Assembly: GCA_964016885.1 (NCBI GenBank)
Contig: OZ024744.1
Span: forward strand, 80,290,001 to 80,354,000
Source of the DNA: Eledone cirrhosa
Lineage: Eukaryota
Length of the DNA: 64,000 nucleotides
Direction of reading: 5' to 3'
The notes under the pieces were generated by a model. The model made no database searches. It saw only the letters and a list, made by a program, of their open reading frames with translations, and was not told where the DNA came from. The translations under genes and the position numbers were made by a program. Of the stretch, positions 1 to 15,228 are shown one piece after another. The first letter of the stretch is position 1, and every line of letters begins with the position of its first letter.

Positions 1-375
1 TCGCGAGTTGAACATTTTACTCTCAGGCACCCAATTAAGTTAAACCCCTGGTAATCTACGACGAATTTTTTTATAAAAATGTAGACACCATCCCCATGCC
101 GAGGTATTCCGTATTTCCCTGTACTGTTTCAGAAAAGAGGGATAAACATGCCAATTTATGTTTAGAATCATAAATACATAATGTTAGTAGTTGTCTATAG
201 TAGATTATTGTAGTGTTATATTATTTTAATTCTAATGAAAATAAAAATTATATGTTAGCACTCCCAGGGTCTAATACTATTACCTTGTAAAATTTGATTT
301 GATTTGGTCAAGCCGTTTGAGAATGCATAAGAAAAAGACAGACAGAGAGACAAAAAAATTTATATATGTAGAGAT
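1..375 (-). mobile_element. Non-autonomous Helitron-like element, 5' portion
   Basis: Minus strand starts with TC-TA-rich head then (CTGT)n and gcattctcaaacggct; closely similar to the + strand head at 6300-6480. Confidence 0.45.
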
Positions 376-620
376 ATATCAAATTAAAACGTCGAGTTAA
401 ACATTCTCAATAATCTCCTACAATCAAGTAAGCTCAAGGAACAAATTTTCAAGATCTTTATAAAACAGTAAAGAGAGAAATACACATACATAAATGTGTT
501 CGCTCATAGAGGATAAGAAACCACCAGGGTGACGAACATATTAACAACGGATGGAACGGTGAATACAAATTAAGTAAAAGAATAAATCAAAGTGTACAAA
601 CCGACCATTATAACTATAAC

Positions 621-700
621 ATCCAGACATGTTCAAAGTTGAATCATGTTTTGGCTATAATGTGAAGAATTTATATTACAGTCGTAGCTCTTCAATGGAT
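621..700 (-). ncRNA. Degenerate type I hammerhead ribozyme
   Basis: Revcomp: atcca-TTGAAGA-gcta..tagc-cAAAA-catg.ttcaa..ttgaa.catg-TC-tggat; three helices intact, core has C3U and G12A changes. Confidence 0.55.
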
Positions 701-852
701 ACCCTGCAAAGACGAACTTCATTTCTAGACATATACTAGATAACTAAAAATATATATATATAAATAAACGCACATGGTGTGACATGGTGTAAGGCCGCTA
801 AAAATAGCAGCCCAGAACCATTCAACTTGAAAAAGCTCTACTAACATAAATA

Positions 853-1070
853 ATGGTTTCTTATATAGGCACAAGGCCAGTAATTTGGGGGGAGGGGAAA
901 GTCGATTAAATCGACCCCAGTGCATGACTGGTACTTTATTTTATCGACCCCATAAGGATGAAAGGCAAAGTTAACCTCGGTGGGATTTGAGCTCAGATCA
1001 TAAAGAGCCGTAACTCTATGCTGCAAAGCATGGCGTCCGACCCTCTACCGATACTGCCAATCTACCACTC
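853..1070 (-). mobile_element. tRNA-derived SINE, major family (A)
   Basis: A/B-box head (ggcagtatcggtagag...gagttcaaatccc) and body gcctttcatcctt..ggggtcgataaaataaagtacc; more than 10 copies in the window. Confidence 0.85.
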
Positions 1071-1209
1071 TTTGTATTAAAAAAACTGTGAAGAGAGCAA
1101 TACACTTACATATATGAAACCACCAGAGTGACGAACATATTAACTACTATGATTGAACACATATATTTATGTATTTCTCTCCTTACTGATATGTGTGTGC
1201 GCGTGTGTG

Positions 1210-1390
1210 TTAAGTATTTCCGTAGAAAAGGTAAAAGAATGAAGAGTGCTCTATGTGTAGTACAGAGCTATTTATTTATGTAATAAACAACACATTATAG
1301 TTATTCCATTACCCAAAGTTTCGCGAAGTTAGATGATTCTAACAGAAACGTCTGATATCGTTCATCAGATGAAATATTTCATCTGATGAC
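1210..1390 (-). mobile_element. PLE pseudo-LTR fragment with hammerhead (1302-1376)
   Basis: Revcomp tatttcat-CTGATGA-..-GAAA-ct.ttg.gg-TA-atggaata, followed by sequence similar to the 5' leaders at 15320 and 19725. Confidence 0.7.
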
Positions 1391-1921
1391 TGATGAAACC
1401 CTTAGGTAAGGGTTGGCACGAATCCCGTATTGAAGATAGCAAGTTTCTCTTTTACAACTGCCTCCCTTCTTCTGATTACTGGATGCTGAAGCTGGCGCTA
1501 TTTCTTGAAACTTAAAAATGACATATTTCAGAACTTCTGTTGACGCATGACTTCACTAGAAGAGAAAGTAAACTGCGTTCTTTAGTTGGCTGAACTAAAA
1601 TCTACTGTCACTGTTCAAAGAAGGTTTGGAACTTGTTACAATAAATGAGCACCACACAGGAATTCCATATCCAAGTAGATGAAGAAATTTAAAGAAACAG
1701 GTTCGGTCAATTATAAGTCATAATCTGGGAGACTATGTGTTGGTGAAGAAACTGTAACATCTGCAGAATAAGCTTTTGTGGAAATTCCAATAAAACTCTT
1801 TAGAGGAGGCTTTCAAAATTTACTGTGCATAAGATTCTGTGGAAAAGAATTCACATGAAAGCGTAGAAAATCCAAATACATCAAATGTTGTTAGAAGAGG
1901 ATTATCATGCATGTAAAGATA

Positions 1922-2245
1922 GTGAAGGTGCGTGGTTTTGTGGTTAGGGTATTCAGTTCACAATCGCAAGGTCGTGAGTTCGATTCCTGGTGCCGCGTTA
2001 TGGCCTTGAGCAAGACACTTTATTTCACATTGCTCCAGTCCAATCAGCTGGCAAAAATGAGTTGTATCTGTAGTTCGAAGGACCAGCCTTGTCACACACT
2101 GTGTCACACTGAATCTCCCTAAGAACTACGTAGAGGGTATGAGTGTCTGTGGAATGCACAGCCACTTGCACGTTAATTTCACGGGCAGGCTGTTCCGTTG
2201 ATCAGATCAACTGGAACACTCGTCGTCCTAACCGACGGAGTGCCT
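1922..2245 (+). mobile_element. tRNA-derived CORE-type SINE
   Basis: tRNA head (gtggttaggg..gagttcgattcc), CORE-like ccttgagcaagacacttta; flanked by decayed TSD atcatgcatg/atcgtgcacg. Confidence 0.8.
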
Positions 2246-2811
2246 CCATCGTGCACGACTAACTTTCTGTCATCAGTACAATGAAAAAAATTAAAATCGA
2301 ATATTCATTTTTGAATAATTTAATGTTCTCCGATGAAGCAACATTACACATTGTGGCAAGGTCAACATGCATAATTGCCGTATTTAAGGAACTGTAAAGC
2401 CACGTGAATCTGTTGAACATGAAATAAATTCTCTTAAAGGTAATGATCGATCATAGGACCATTCATTTTTGAAGGGTGTAGTGTTAATGGTGATAGATAT
2501 TTACAAATGTTGCAAAATTACTTTATTCCTAAGCTTGACCAGTTAGATGTGATAGAAAATATAGTGTTTCAACAAGATGGTGTACCTTGTCACTTTACTC
2601 TACAAGTTAGGCAGTTTCAAAATGAAAAATCCCTTAGCAGATGGATTGGAAGAAGTGGACCATTATCCTGGCCTCCACGATCACCAGGTTTGACTCAATT
2701 GGATTTCTTTTTATGGAGACATCTGAAAAGCAATATTTATTCAACCAAACTTCGATCTTTAGAGGACTTGAAAGCTAGGACAATTGATGTAATTGAAGTA
2801 TTACTGAAAAT

Positions 2812-3313
2812 GGTCAGCGTGCAATGACATGCACGCCATATGGACATCTCAACTTACCAACAAGCTAAAACTGGAAATATTCCAAGCAACCATTAAGCCT
2901 ATATTACTTTATGGATCCGAAACTTGGACACTAACATCACAACTTGAGAGGAGATTGGATGGCACATATACCCGCCTCTTAATGAGAGTGCAAAACCTAT
3001 CCTGGAAACGACATCCCACCTTGTCTAAAATCTATGGCAAACTTCCTCGAGCCTCTGCCCTTCTAAAATCCCGGAGAGCTCAATTTGCTGACCACTGTTA
3101 CCGTGCCAGCAATAAAATCATATCCGCTCTCTTGCTCTGGAACCCTGACTCCAGCCTGACTAGGAGTAGGAAGCTGTCATTCCCTGACGTTATCTCTAGG
3201 GATACGGGAAGCAGTAGACAGGACCTGGGGGCAGCGATGGGGGACAGGGAATTCTGGGGCATGAGGGTGAGATCCATCATCTCGACAGTAGTCGACGAAT
3301 GATGATGATGATG
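2812..3313 (+). mobile_element. 5'-truncated RTE-type LINE 3' end with (GAT)n tail and 12-bp TSD
   Basis: LLYGSETWTL..LDGTYTRLL; TSD attactgaaaat at 2800-2811 and 3314-3325. Confidence 0.9.
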
Positions 3314-3366
3314 ATTACTGAAAATCAACTGAAAAAATGTTTTCCGAGAAGTGCACCACCCTTTTA

Positions 3367-3710
3367 ATAATTGTTTCTACTTTTGGCACAAGGCCAGCAA
3401 TTATCCCAGTACATTACTGGTACTTTATTTTATCGACCCCGGCGGGATTTGAACTCAGATCATAAAGGGACGTAACTATGCTGGAAAGCATGGCGTCCGA
3501 CCCTCTACCGATAAGGCAGTAATTTGGGGGAGAGGGAAGTCGATTAAATCTACCCCCAGTGCATTACCGGTACTTTATTTTATCGACTCCGAAAGGATGA
3601 AAGACAAAGTTAACCTCGGCGGGATTTGAACTTAGACCGTAAAGGACCGTAACTCTATGCTGCAAAGCATGGTGCCCGACTCTCTACTGAAACTGTGAAT
3701 CCAACACCCT
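3367..3710 (-). mobile_element. Two tandem SINE-A copies
   Basis: Same family as 853-1070; first copy internally deleted. Confidence 0.85.
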
Positions 3711-3903
3711 AGGATGTATTAATAATTATAGTAGAAATATTTAAAATTAACAATTTCAATAAAAATTTGAATACTTCTTTCTTATCCTTTGTTACAGATT
3801 GTTTGTATCAAGTATAGTTACAAACCTACAAGTATTTTAAATTGCGCGTGGGCGTCATGGACAGCCTGTATATTTATATGTCTATATGCTCTCTCTCTCT
3901 CTC

Positions 3904-3971
<68 letters not shown>

Positions 3972-3974
<3 letters not shown>

Positions 3975-4236
3975 CAGCGAACGTTACCACGAACCAAACT
4001 ATCGTCTTCCTGTCTTCCTCCGGTTGCAACGTTTTTTGAAATATCCAGTTCTGCGTTTACAGATTGACTTTGTTAGTTTCAGAAGATCCCGTTAAGGGTG
4101 AAAGCAGCGATTCTTTGCTTAAACTTTAATCTGTTATTTTAATAAATATTTGCTCTACGGTTCTTATATATTTGATATATATTTTCCTTATCGAGCACTC
4201 TTTGGATTTCAGTCTTCAATTTTATTATTATTACTA

Positions 4237-4240
<4 letters not shown>
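3972..4240 (+). mobile_element. 354-nt-family retrozyme-like unit (partial) with hammerhead 4075-4125
   Basis: agttt-CAGAAGA-tccc.gttaa.gggt-GAAA-gcag..ttgc-TT-aaact; matches 8996-9610; inserted in a TA tract. Confidence 0.7.
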
Positions 4241-4265
<25 letters not shown>

Positions 4266-4267
<2 letters not shown>

Positions 4268-4335
4268 GGGTGTTCTTAAAGTTCGCGCGCAATTTAAAAT
4301 ACTTGTAGGTTTGTAACTATACTTGATAGAAACAA
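4266..4335 (+). mobile_element. Tc1/mariner TIR fragment
   Basis: Starts CAGGGTG; revcomp of 3798-3848. Confidence 0.6.
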
Positions 4336-4734
4336 AGTTTTTTTTTTTAATTCTGTATGTTCGCCTAAAACTCAGAAACTAGCGCACGGACACCCACAAA
4401 ATTACCTATATATATATTCACTAGATCGTCTGACAATTAATGGTAACAATATTTTGTCTTTACGAAGCAAGGAATCAATTTAAATTCAATTGTAAATATT
4501 TCCTTATGAATATCGAAAGAAGTCATCCAGTTTGTTTTATATTTCTCCATTCTATAGAGAAAGAGAGAGAGGGGGGGGGGGGTGAGAGAGGGAGAAAGAG
4601 AGAGCGAGGGTGAGAGAGAGAAAGAGAAAGAAATTAGGGAGACATGATGAGAGGGTGAGGGATATGGGAGAAAAAGGAAGAAGAGAGAGACGTGAGTGGT
4701 AACTGCGTCCGACGTAGTTGGGGATCGGAAGAGG

Positions 4735-5305
4735 AAAAAATTATGTTTAAGCTGCCCATAGACCTCACACAGCATGAACAATCTTTTTACAATATCAAGA
4801 ACTCATACAAGGGAAAGCTCCTGAAAACATGCAAGATGATAATTTGGGATGAAGCCACCATGAACCATAAACGAGCAATTGCAGCTTTGGATCGGACAAT
4901 AAAGGATCTGAGAGAAAATAATTGTATAATGGGAGAAGTGACAATGGTTCTTGCTTGTGATCTCAGACAAACTCTGCTTGTAATTCCCCGACGGACCCGA
5001 GCTGATCAGGTCAATGTTTGTCTGAAAGCGTCCTATCTTTGGCCCCACTTTCAGCGACTGAGCCTTCCAAACAATATGCGAGTGTACATGACTGGTGATG
5101 AAGGTGTCAGTGAATTTATCATCCAGTTACATAAATTGGAAATTGGATTTCTTGAAAAGGACTCCAGCGTCCAGATTCAGTTGTCATTTGGCCATATCAT
5201 TGAAACAGAACCAGAATTGATTGCCAGAGAGTTTCCAAATATTCAGATCAGACAATGTGATCCCAAATGTCTCTGGGAACGAGCAATCTTAGTACCGAAA
5301 AGCAG
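4735..5305 (+). mobile_element. Helitron PIF1-like helicase fragment
   Basis: IIWDEATM, xDLRQTLLV, CLKASYLW..L..NMR, ERAILVP motifs. Confidence 0.85.
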
Positions 5306-5474
5306 TAACAGTGGGCGGTTGGTTCTTTTGGGTGCGGACCTGGTGTATATGTATATGTTTCACAGACAGTGTTGTGTCGGCACATAATGGCTCAGTGCAC
5401 ACACATGCATATGTATCACAGACTGTCACAGACAGAATGGAAACCTGGATAATTTAATGGGAAATTGAGACATT

Positions 5475-5950
5475 TGGATTGGCAGTATCGGTAGAGAGTC
5501 GGACGCCATGCTTTGCTGCATAGAGTTACATCCCTTTACGATCTGAGTTCAAATCCCGCCGAGGTTAACTTTGCCTTTCATCCTTACGGGGACGATAAAA
5601 TAAAGTACCAGTAATGTACTGAGATAATTGCTGGCCTTGTGCCAAAAGTAGAAACAATTATTATTATCAACATCATCATCATCACTATCATCATCATCAT
5701 CATCACCATAAAGCTGACTGTAATAGGGAGGAGTATTCAAAACAACACTACTGGAAACACTAATATAATTGTTTCTACTTTTGGCACAAGGCCAGCAATT
5801 ACCCAGTGTATTACTGGTACTTTATTTTATCCTCCTCGTAAGGATGAAAGGCTAAGTTAACCTCGGCGGGATTTGAACTCAGATCGTAAAGGGACGTAAC
5901 TATGCTGTAAAGCATGGCGTCCGACTCTCTACCTATACTGCCAATCCACT
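5475..5950. mobile_element. Two SINE-A copies in inverted orientation (5475-5660 +, 5768-5950 -) around (CAT)n
   Basis: Direct similarity to the SINE-A consensus. Confidence 0.85.
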
Positions 5951-5954
5951 GACA

Positions 5955-6125
5955 TTCCGTTATAACGAAATTCACGGAGTATTACAAAATTCGTTGTAAC
6001 GAAAAACCCGTTATAACGAAATCGACCGAAACAAATCAAGCGTTTGTTTGTTATTACCTCGAGGATTGAAAACAATTTCGTTATACTGAAAATTTCGTTA
6101 TAATGGTATTCGTTATAACGGAATT
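5955..6125. mobile_element. MITE-like remnant with repeated gttataacga motifs
   Basis: ttccgttataacgaa ... ttcgttataacggaa inverted subterminal repeats. Confidence 0.5.
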
Positions 6126-6491
6126 TTTTGCAATATTTTTATATAGATGATTTACTCTGGACAAGCGACAATGAATATTCTGCTATAATTCCTACTTTAA
6201 TTAAAATAGAGCAATTATATTTCATTGGTCAAATATATTGTAATATGGACCAAAATATATTGTTACTTTTATAAATTACCTGGGCATTACCGGTAATCTC
6301 TCTCTATATAAAATTCTTTGTCTCTCTGTCTTCTGTCTGTCTGTCTGTTCCAACGCATTCTCAAACGGCTGGACCACATAAAATAAAATTTTACAAAGTA
6401 TTAGACCCCGGAAATGTCAACATGTAATTTTTATTTTCATTTGATTTAAAAAAATATATTTTATCTAAAATACTATTTCTATAGTGAACTA

Positions 6492-7238
<747 letters not shown>

Positions 7239-8060
7239 AGTAAAACCACGACGACAACGACATCACATTTTGTATATGAGTGTGTATGTGTCTGTGAGTG
7301 TGTATACGTAAGTTGCATACATATCTTCACACACAGACAATTAAACACACACACACATCTACACATACACATACATGTGATGACAGAGAGGAGTGCGTGA
7401 ATGTATGTCTGTGTGTGTCTGTCTTAGTATATGTATGTGAGAGTGTATGTGTGTGAGTGTATGTGTGATAAGTTTTATTTTCATTTGCATTAAAACAATA
7501 GAAAACAACACTTTGTATATGAATATGTATGTGTCTGTGAGTGTGTGCTTGCGCGTTCATTAAGTACGTGATTAAATACACACGCACATCTACACATATG
7601 TAGCAACTGACCAACATTGAGGTGAAAGGTTATGTATGTGTCTGTGTGAATGTATGTCTGTGTGCGTCTGTCTTAGTATATATATATCTCTCTTAGTATA
7701 TATATATGAGAGTGTATGTGTGTGAGTGTGTAGCAACAATTTATTCATTTGGACAGCAACAAAAAATTACACAATGAATATTCTTTACCCTTAGGTGCTT
7801 CAAGATTGACAGATCTTCAGTTCTAAATTTTATTATCATTACAATTTTAATATTTTAAAAATAAAATATAGATATTTTGAAATAATTCTGAGAAACATAT
7901 CTTCATATTTATTGTTTACTAATCTGAATAAGACCAGTAGTAACCCGGCAACGCTGGGTAATTCAGCTAGTATAATATATAAAAAGATATGTAAAATCCC
8001 GACCGATTTTCCCCAGTTTAACCAACCGCTATACAAAAAAAAAAGTTATTACTTTAAAAG

Positions 8061-8189
<129 letters not shown>

Positions 8190-8222
8190 TGTGTGTGTGT
8201 GCGTGTTGCTTTTAAAGTAATA

Positions 8223-8274
<52 letters not shown>

Positions 8275-8276
<2 letters not shown>

Positions 8277-8468
8277 AGAATAGCTTTCACCGTATTTTTT
8301 TACTAAAGAAATTTTAGTCGGATAATGGGGTTTAGAACCCTCAGATAAATGGAAAAAGATGAGTATTGACGTACATACTCATCTTTTTCCATTTATCTGA
8401 GGGCTCTAAACCCCATCATCAGACTAAAATGTCTTTAGTAAAAAAATACGATGAAAGCTATTCTATTT
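8275..8468. repeat. Fold-back insertion (about 95-bp arms) in a TA tract
   Basis: Arms are near-perfect reverse complements around ttgacgtaca. Confidence 0.85.
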
Positions 8469-8502
8469 TCTAATTTCAAACCTGCTCACTGTTTCAAAAC
8501 AT

Positions 8503-9612
<1,110 letters not shown>

Positions 9613-9639
9613 AAATAAATATATATATATATAGAGAGA

Positions 9640-9960
9640 GGTTATATTTAATTTGTTGGGATACAACAAGCAAAATATTTTTATAACTGATATAAAGCAC
9701 TCAACAAATTATTGGAGTAAATATACAATATATTAACAAATGGGAACTATATTTATAAAACCATATTTATTTCATTATACATATTTCAAGGGCCACCAAG
9801 GCAAATTATGGTGCGCTTTCATCAGATAAAATATAATATAGGTTAGTTTTATAAATAAATATTGACATACCCTGAAAAAATGCAACCATTCTGGTTGGAA
9901 TCTCCTGGATAGTGGAGTTATTAGATTTATTGTTGGTTTATTATGCAAATTAGTGTCGGA
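9640..9960 (-). mobile_element. Family-B PLE terminal fragment with hammerhead 9769-9832
   Basis: Revcomp attttat-CTGATGA-aagcgcacca..tggtggccctt-GAAA-tatgta-TA-atgaaat. Confidence 0.75.
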
Positions 9961-10857
9961 AAGGTTTAAATAACAGTATATTTAAATTAAGCCGTTGCAA
10001 TAGGGAAAAAAGAAAGAAAGAGAAAAAACGAAAGAAAGAAAGAGGAAAAAAACGTGAGTATATTTAAGTGAGAGAGAATATTAGTTATAAGGATAGTTAT
10101 AGCGTAATTTTGAGAGAAGCGAAGAAATGAATATAGCGTGGATGAATACCATAGCGTGGATAAACAATAAAGCGTGGATAAATAATAATAGCCGGATTCA
10201 TTATAATGATAAGTTGAAGAATTTTATCTACTGTTTAATTAATAAATTTGATTAAATGTTTAATTAATAATTTATCAATTCAATCCGTAGTTTAAATGTG
10301 TATGTTAGATTTTTAAAATTGAGACCTATATTTTATTAAAGAATATATATTATTAAAAAATATATATTATTAAAAAATATGTTATTATTACAAAAACATA
10401 TATAAATTTATTATTAATTATTAATTAATTATTAAAAAAAATTGTAGGTTTAAAATATCCGAATATTTCTAAGCCCATGGAAATTCCGAGAGTTTTCAGA
10501 AGAATAGTTTGTAATAGCAGTAGAGTGTAAAGGAAATTGCTAGTGATTTATTAATAATTTAGATAGCTCTAAGGATTATATGCTATAAAGTTAAGATGTT
10601 AAAAAATTAAATTTTTCATCTTAATAATGTAATTAGAGTATGAATCTTATGTTATTTTATAGCAAGTTATAATTTTATAAATCTACCTGTTATACAGTTA
10701 TGACTGTTAAAACATAAATTTGCTTGCTATAACGTCTTAACATTTAAAAATTTTTCATAGGAATAAATCTAAAGCATAAACCATAAAAGAACTCTTTCAT
10801 AAGAGTATATCTATAGAATATTTAAAGTATAAATTTTATATATATATAAACATTTTG

Positions 10858-10888
<31 letters not shown>

Positions 10889-11191
10889 GCATTTGAAAAA
10901 TATAGAAATATATAAATATAAAATATACAATATAAAATATGAATTATAATTTTAAAAAATGAATTATAATTTAAAAAAAATGAATTATAATATTAAAAAA
11001 TATAAGAATATAGAAAATAAAATAAAATACACAGTATAAAATATGAATTATAATTTCCTTATACCCATCAGAGGAATTTTTTTAAAAAAATCCTTCTTTA
11101 AGTCTTTCAGTACGTTTATCAAGAAAAATTTTTAAAGAAAAAACTTTTCAAGAAATTTTTTTTTCTTTTTACGGAGGTACCAGGTCTTTCT

Positions 11192-12476
11192 ACTATCCAC
11201 CGTATGCAGTTCTCTGGCTACAATCAGAGAGATAGAATCAGAGTGTATAAAGGAGCCAGAACCAAATGGGAAAAAATGGTAAATAATGACATAAATGGGA
11301 CCTGCCCCTTGTATAGGAGCAAATTTTGGAATAGAATAGAAAGAACTAAGAACAAGGCCAATAGAATAAACTCATGGTATGATAGCAATAAATACCAGAG
11401 TGTAATGTTCATCAATACAACCCCTAGAGGCGAACTAGCCTACAAATTTAGAAGAGCCCTAAAGAAACATAATCTCAATATTAAGATAGTAGAAAGACCT
11501 GGTACCTCCGTAAAAACACTTATTAGCAAGACATACCCGTTCCAAAGACCCTCATGTATAGATAAGAAATGTATAACCTGTAAAATAAGCCCCCATATTA
11601 ACTGTAAAACTAGAAATGTAGTATATAGCATAAGATGTACTGAAGGACAATGTAGAAACAAAAATATAGTGTACATAGGTGAGACAGCTCGTAGTATAGG
11701 GGAACGAATAAATGAACACTGGCGAGACCTCCAAGATAGTAAAGAATCATCTGTGCTCTACCAACATGCTAAGATAGAACACAGGGGTAAATTAGAGAGC
11801 ATAGAAATAAAAATAGAATCCACACACAAGAAAGACGCAATGTTTAGGCAAATTACAGAGGCAGTAAGCATAAAAGAATTAAAACCAAAATTAAATAAAA
11901 AATATGAGTGGAACAGCAACATCACAACTTACAATTAAGGACAAAATGAAAACACACACACACATAGAACAAACAACTTACAATTGAAAACACACACAAG
12001 ACAAAATGAAAACACACACACACATAGAACAAACAACCAACCAACAACAAATAAATAAATAAACAAACAAATATAAATAGAAAAATAGAAAAATGAACAC
12101 AAACACACACAGACACCCGGATGTGGCGCATGCGCAAACTGAACACGCAACCCACACACAAACAAAATGGCGTAGGATAGAAGAAAGGAAAGGCACAGAA
12201 ACGAAGAAAGAAATCCCCAGTCACTGAAGAGGTCACAGAGTGTGTGACGAAAGAACTATGACTATATATATATAAACAACTATCTGGTTGTGGAACCAAC
12301 CAACCAACCAGAAATTTATAAATTTGTAAATTTATAAATATATATTAAATTAAATTGAAGTGAAAGCAAGTGGTGCGTGTGTTTCTTATTGGCAACATGA
12401 CCCTCCCAAAGTATAACAATATCGGTTTCAACACACGATTTCAGATAAAGAATCTTGCTAAACAAATTCAGAAACG

Positions 12477-12478
<2 letters not shown>
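11192..12478 (+). mobile_element. 5'-truncated PLE (thumb, GIY-YIG ORF 11204-11938, pseudo-LTR with minimal hammerhead 12219-12263)
   Basis: NVVYSIRC..YIGETARS..ER..EH..RQITEA..I..P.LN; agtca-CTGAAGA-ggtcaca..tgtgac-GAAA-gaac-TA-tgact. Confidence 0.9.
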
Positions 12479-14362
<1,884 letters not shown>

Positions 14363-14415
14363 ATAACTTGTGTGTTACACCTCTATTCTTTTAACTATAT
14401 ATATATATATATATA

Positions 14416-14855
14416 CATACTACTGTACGTCTTTATACATATATGTATGTACGTATACATACTTATATTTAAGTAACAGCCGTACTAAGAGTGAGAAATG
14501 AAATTTCGTTTCATTTTTTCGTTTATCGTTTTGGCAGGAAGGTATACGTTGCTGACGATAGCTAATAAGCTTAAAACTAGTACAGCGTTCCTTTGTCAGT
14601 GTTGAACAAATGAACAACGATGGTTGCTAGACACTGTGCGGCTTAATACGGGATGTTTTTTTACAAACACACCGAGCATTATAATAAATGTTCGGTGAAT
14701 CCATACGTACATATATATATGTGTGCATGTATGTATATATATATACATACTACTGTACGTCTGTATACATATATGTATGTACGTGTACATACTTATATTT
14801 AAGTAACAGCAGTACTAAGAGTGGGAAATGAAATTTCGTTTCATTTTTTCCGTTT
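14416..14855 (+). repeat. 1.3 x 330-nt tandem unit containing a hammerhead-like motif (14547-14587)
   Basis: catactactgtacgtc at 14416 and 14746; cgttg-CTGACGA-tagc..gctt-AAAA-ctag-TA-cagcg. Confidence 0.65.
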
Positions 14856-14869
14856 ATATATATATATAA

Positions 14870-15107
14870 TTTAATGTATAATAAACAATACTATATTTTA
14901 ATGTATACTAAACAATACATCGGACAAGGCAATTACCTTGTCCTATGAACGAATGAGGACGTTTTTTGTATTCGTCTTATTCGGGAAACCTCTGGTAATG
15001 AGGTAATTATAATGTATTGTTTATTATACATAAAATTTTGCTCTGGTACTTACATAGAGCACTCTTCACTCCTATGACTTTTTCAATTTTCAATGCAAAC
15101 TTCAATA

Positions 15108-15110
<3 letters not shown>
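14870..15110 (+). mobile_element. Solo/snap-back pseudo-LTR of the 19.6-kb PLE family with decayed hammerhead
   Basis: Matches 19648-19830; starts with inverted cggacaaggcaatt/aattaccttgtcc. Confidence 0.75.
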
Positions 15111-15201
<91 letters not shown>

Positions 15202-15228
15202 AAAATCCATAAATATTATATATATATA

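Larger units (their letters stand above)
1547..3848 (+). mobile_element. Degenerate Tc1/mariner transposon interrupted by SINEs and a LINE fragment
   Basis: N-terminal ..VTVQRRF..KFKETGSV; C-terminal FQQDG..HF..WIGR..WPPRSPxL..LDFFLW (ORF 2507-2827); terminal sequence 3798-3848 is the revcomp of the CAGGGTG-starting TIR at 4266. Confidence 0.8.

Noticed and set aside
8310-8425. CTGATGA in the 8.3-kb palindrome as a hammerhead
   Set aside because: No GAAA/UH and no closing stem I after the putative stem II
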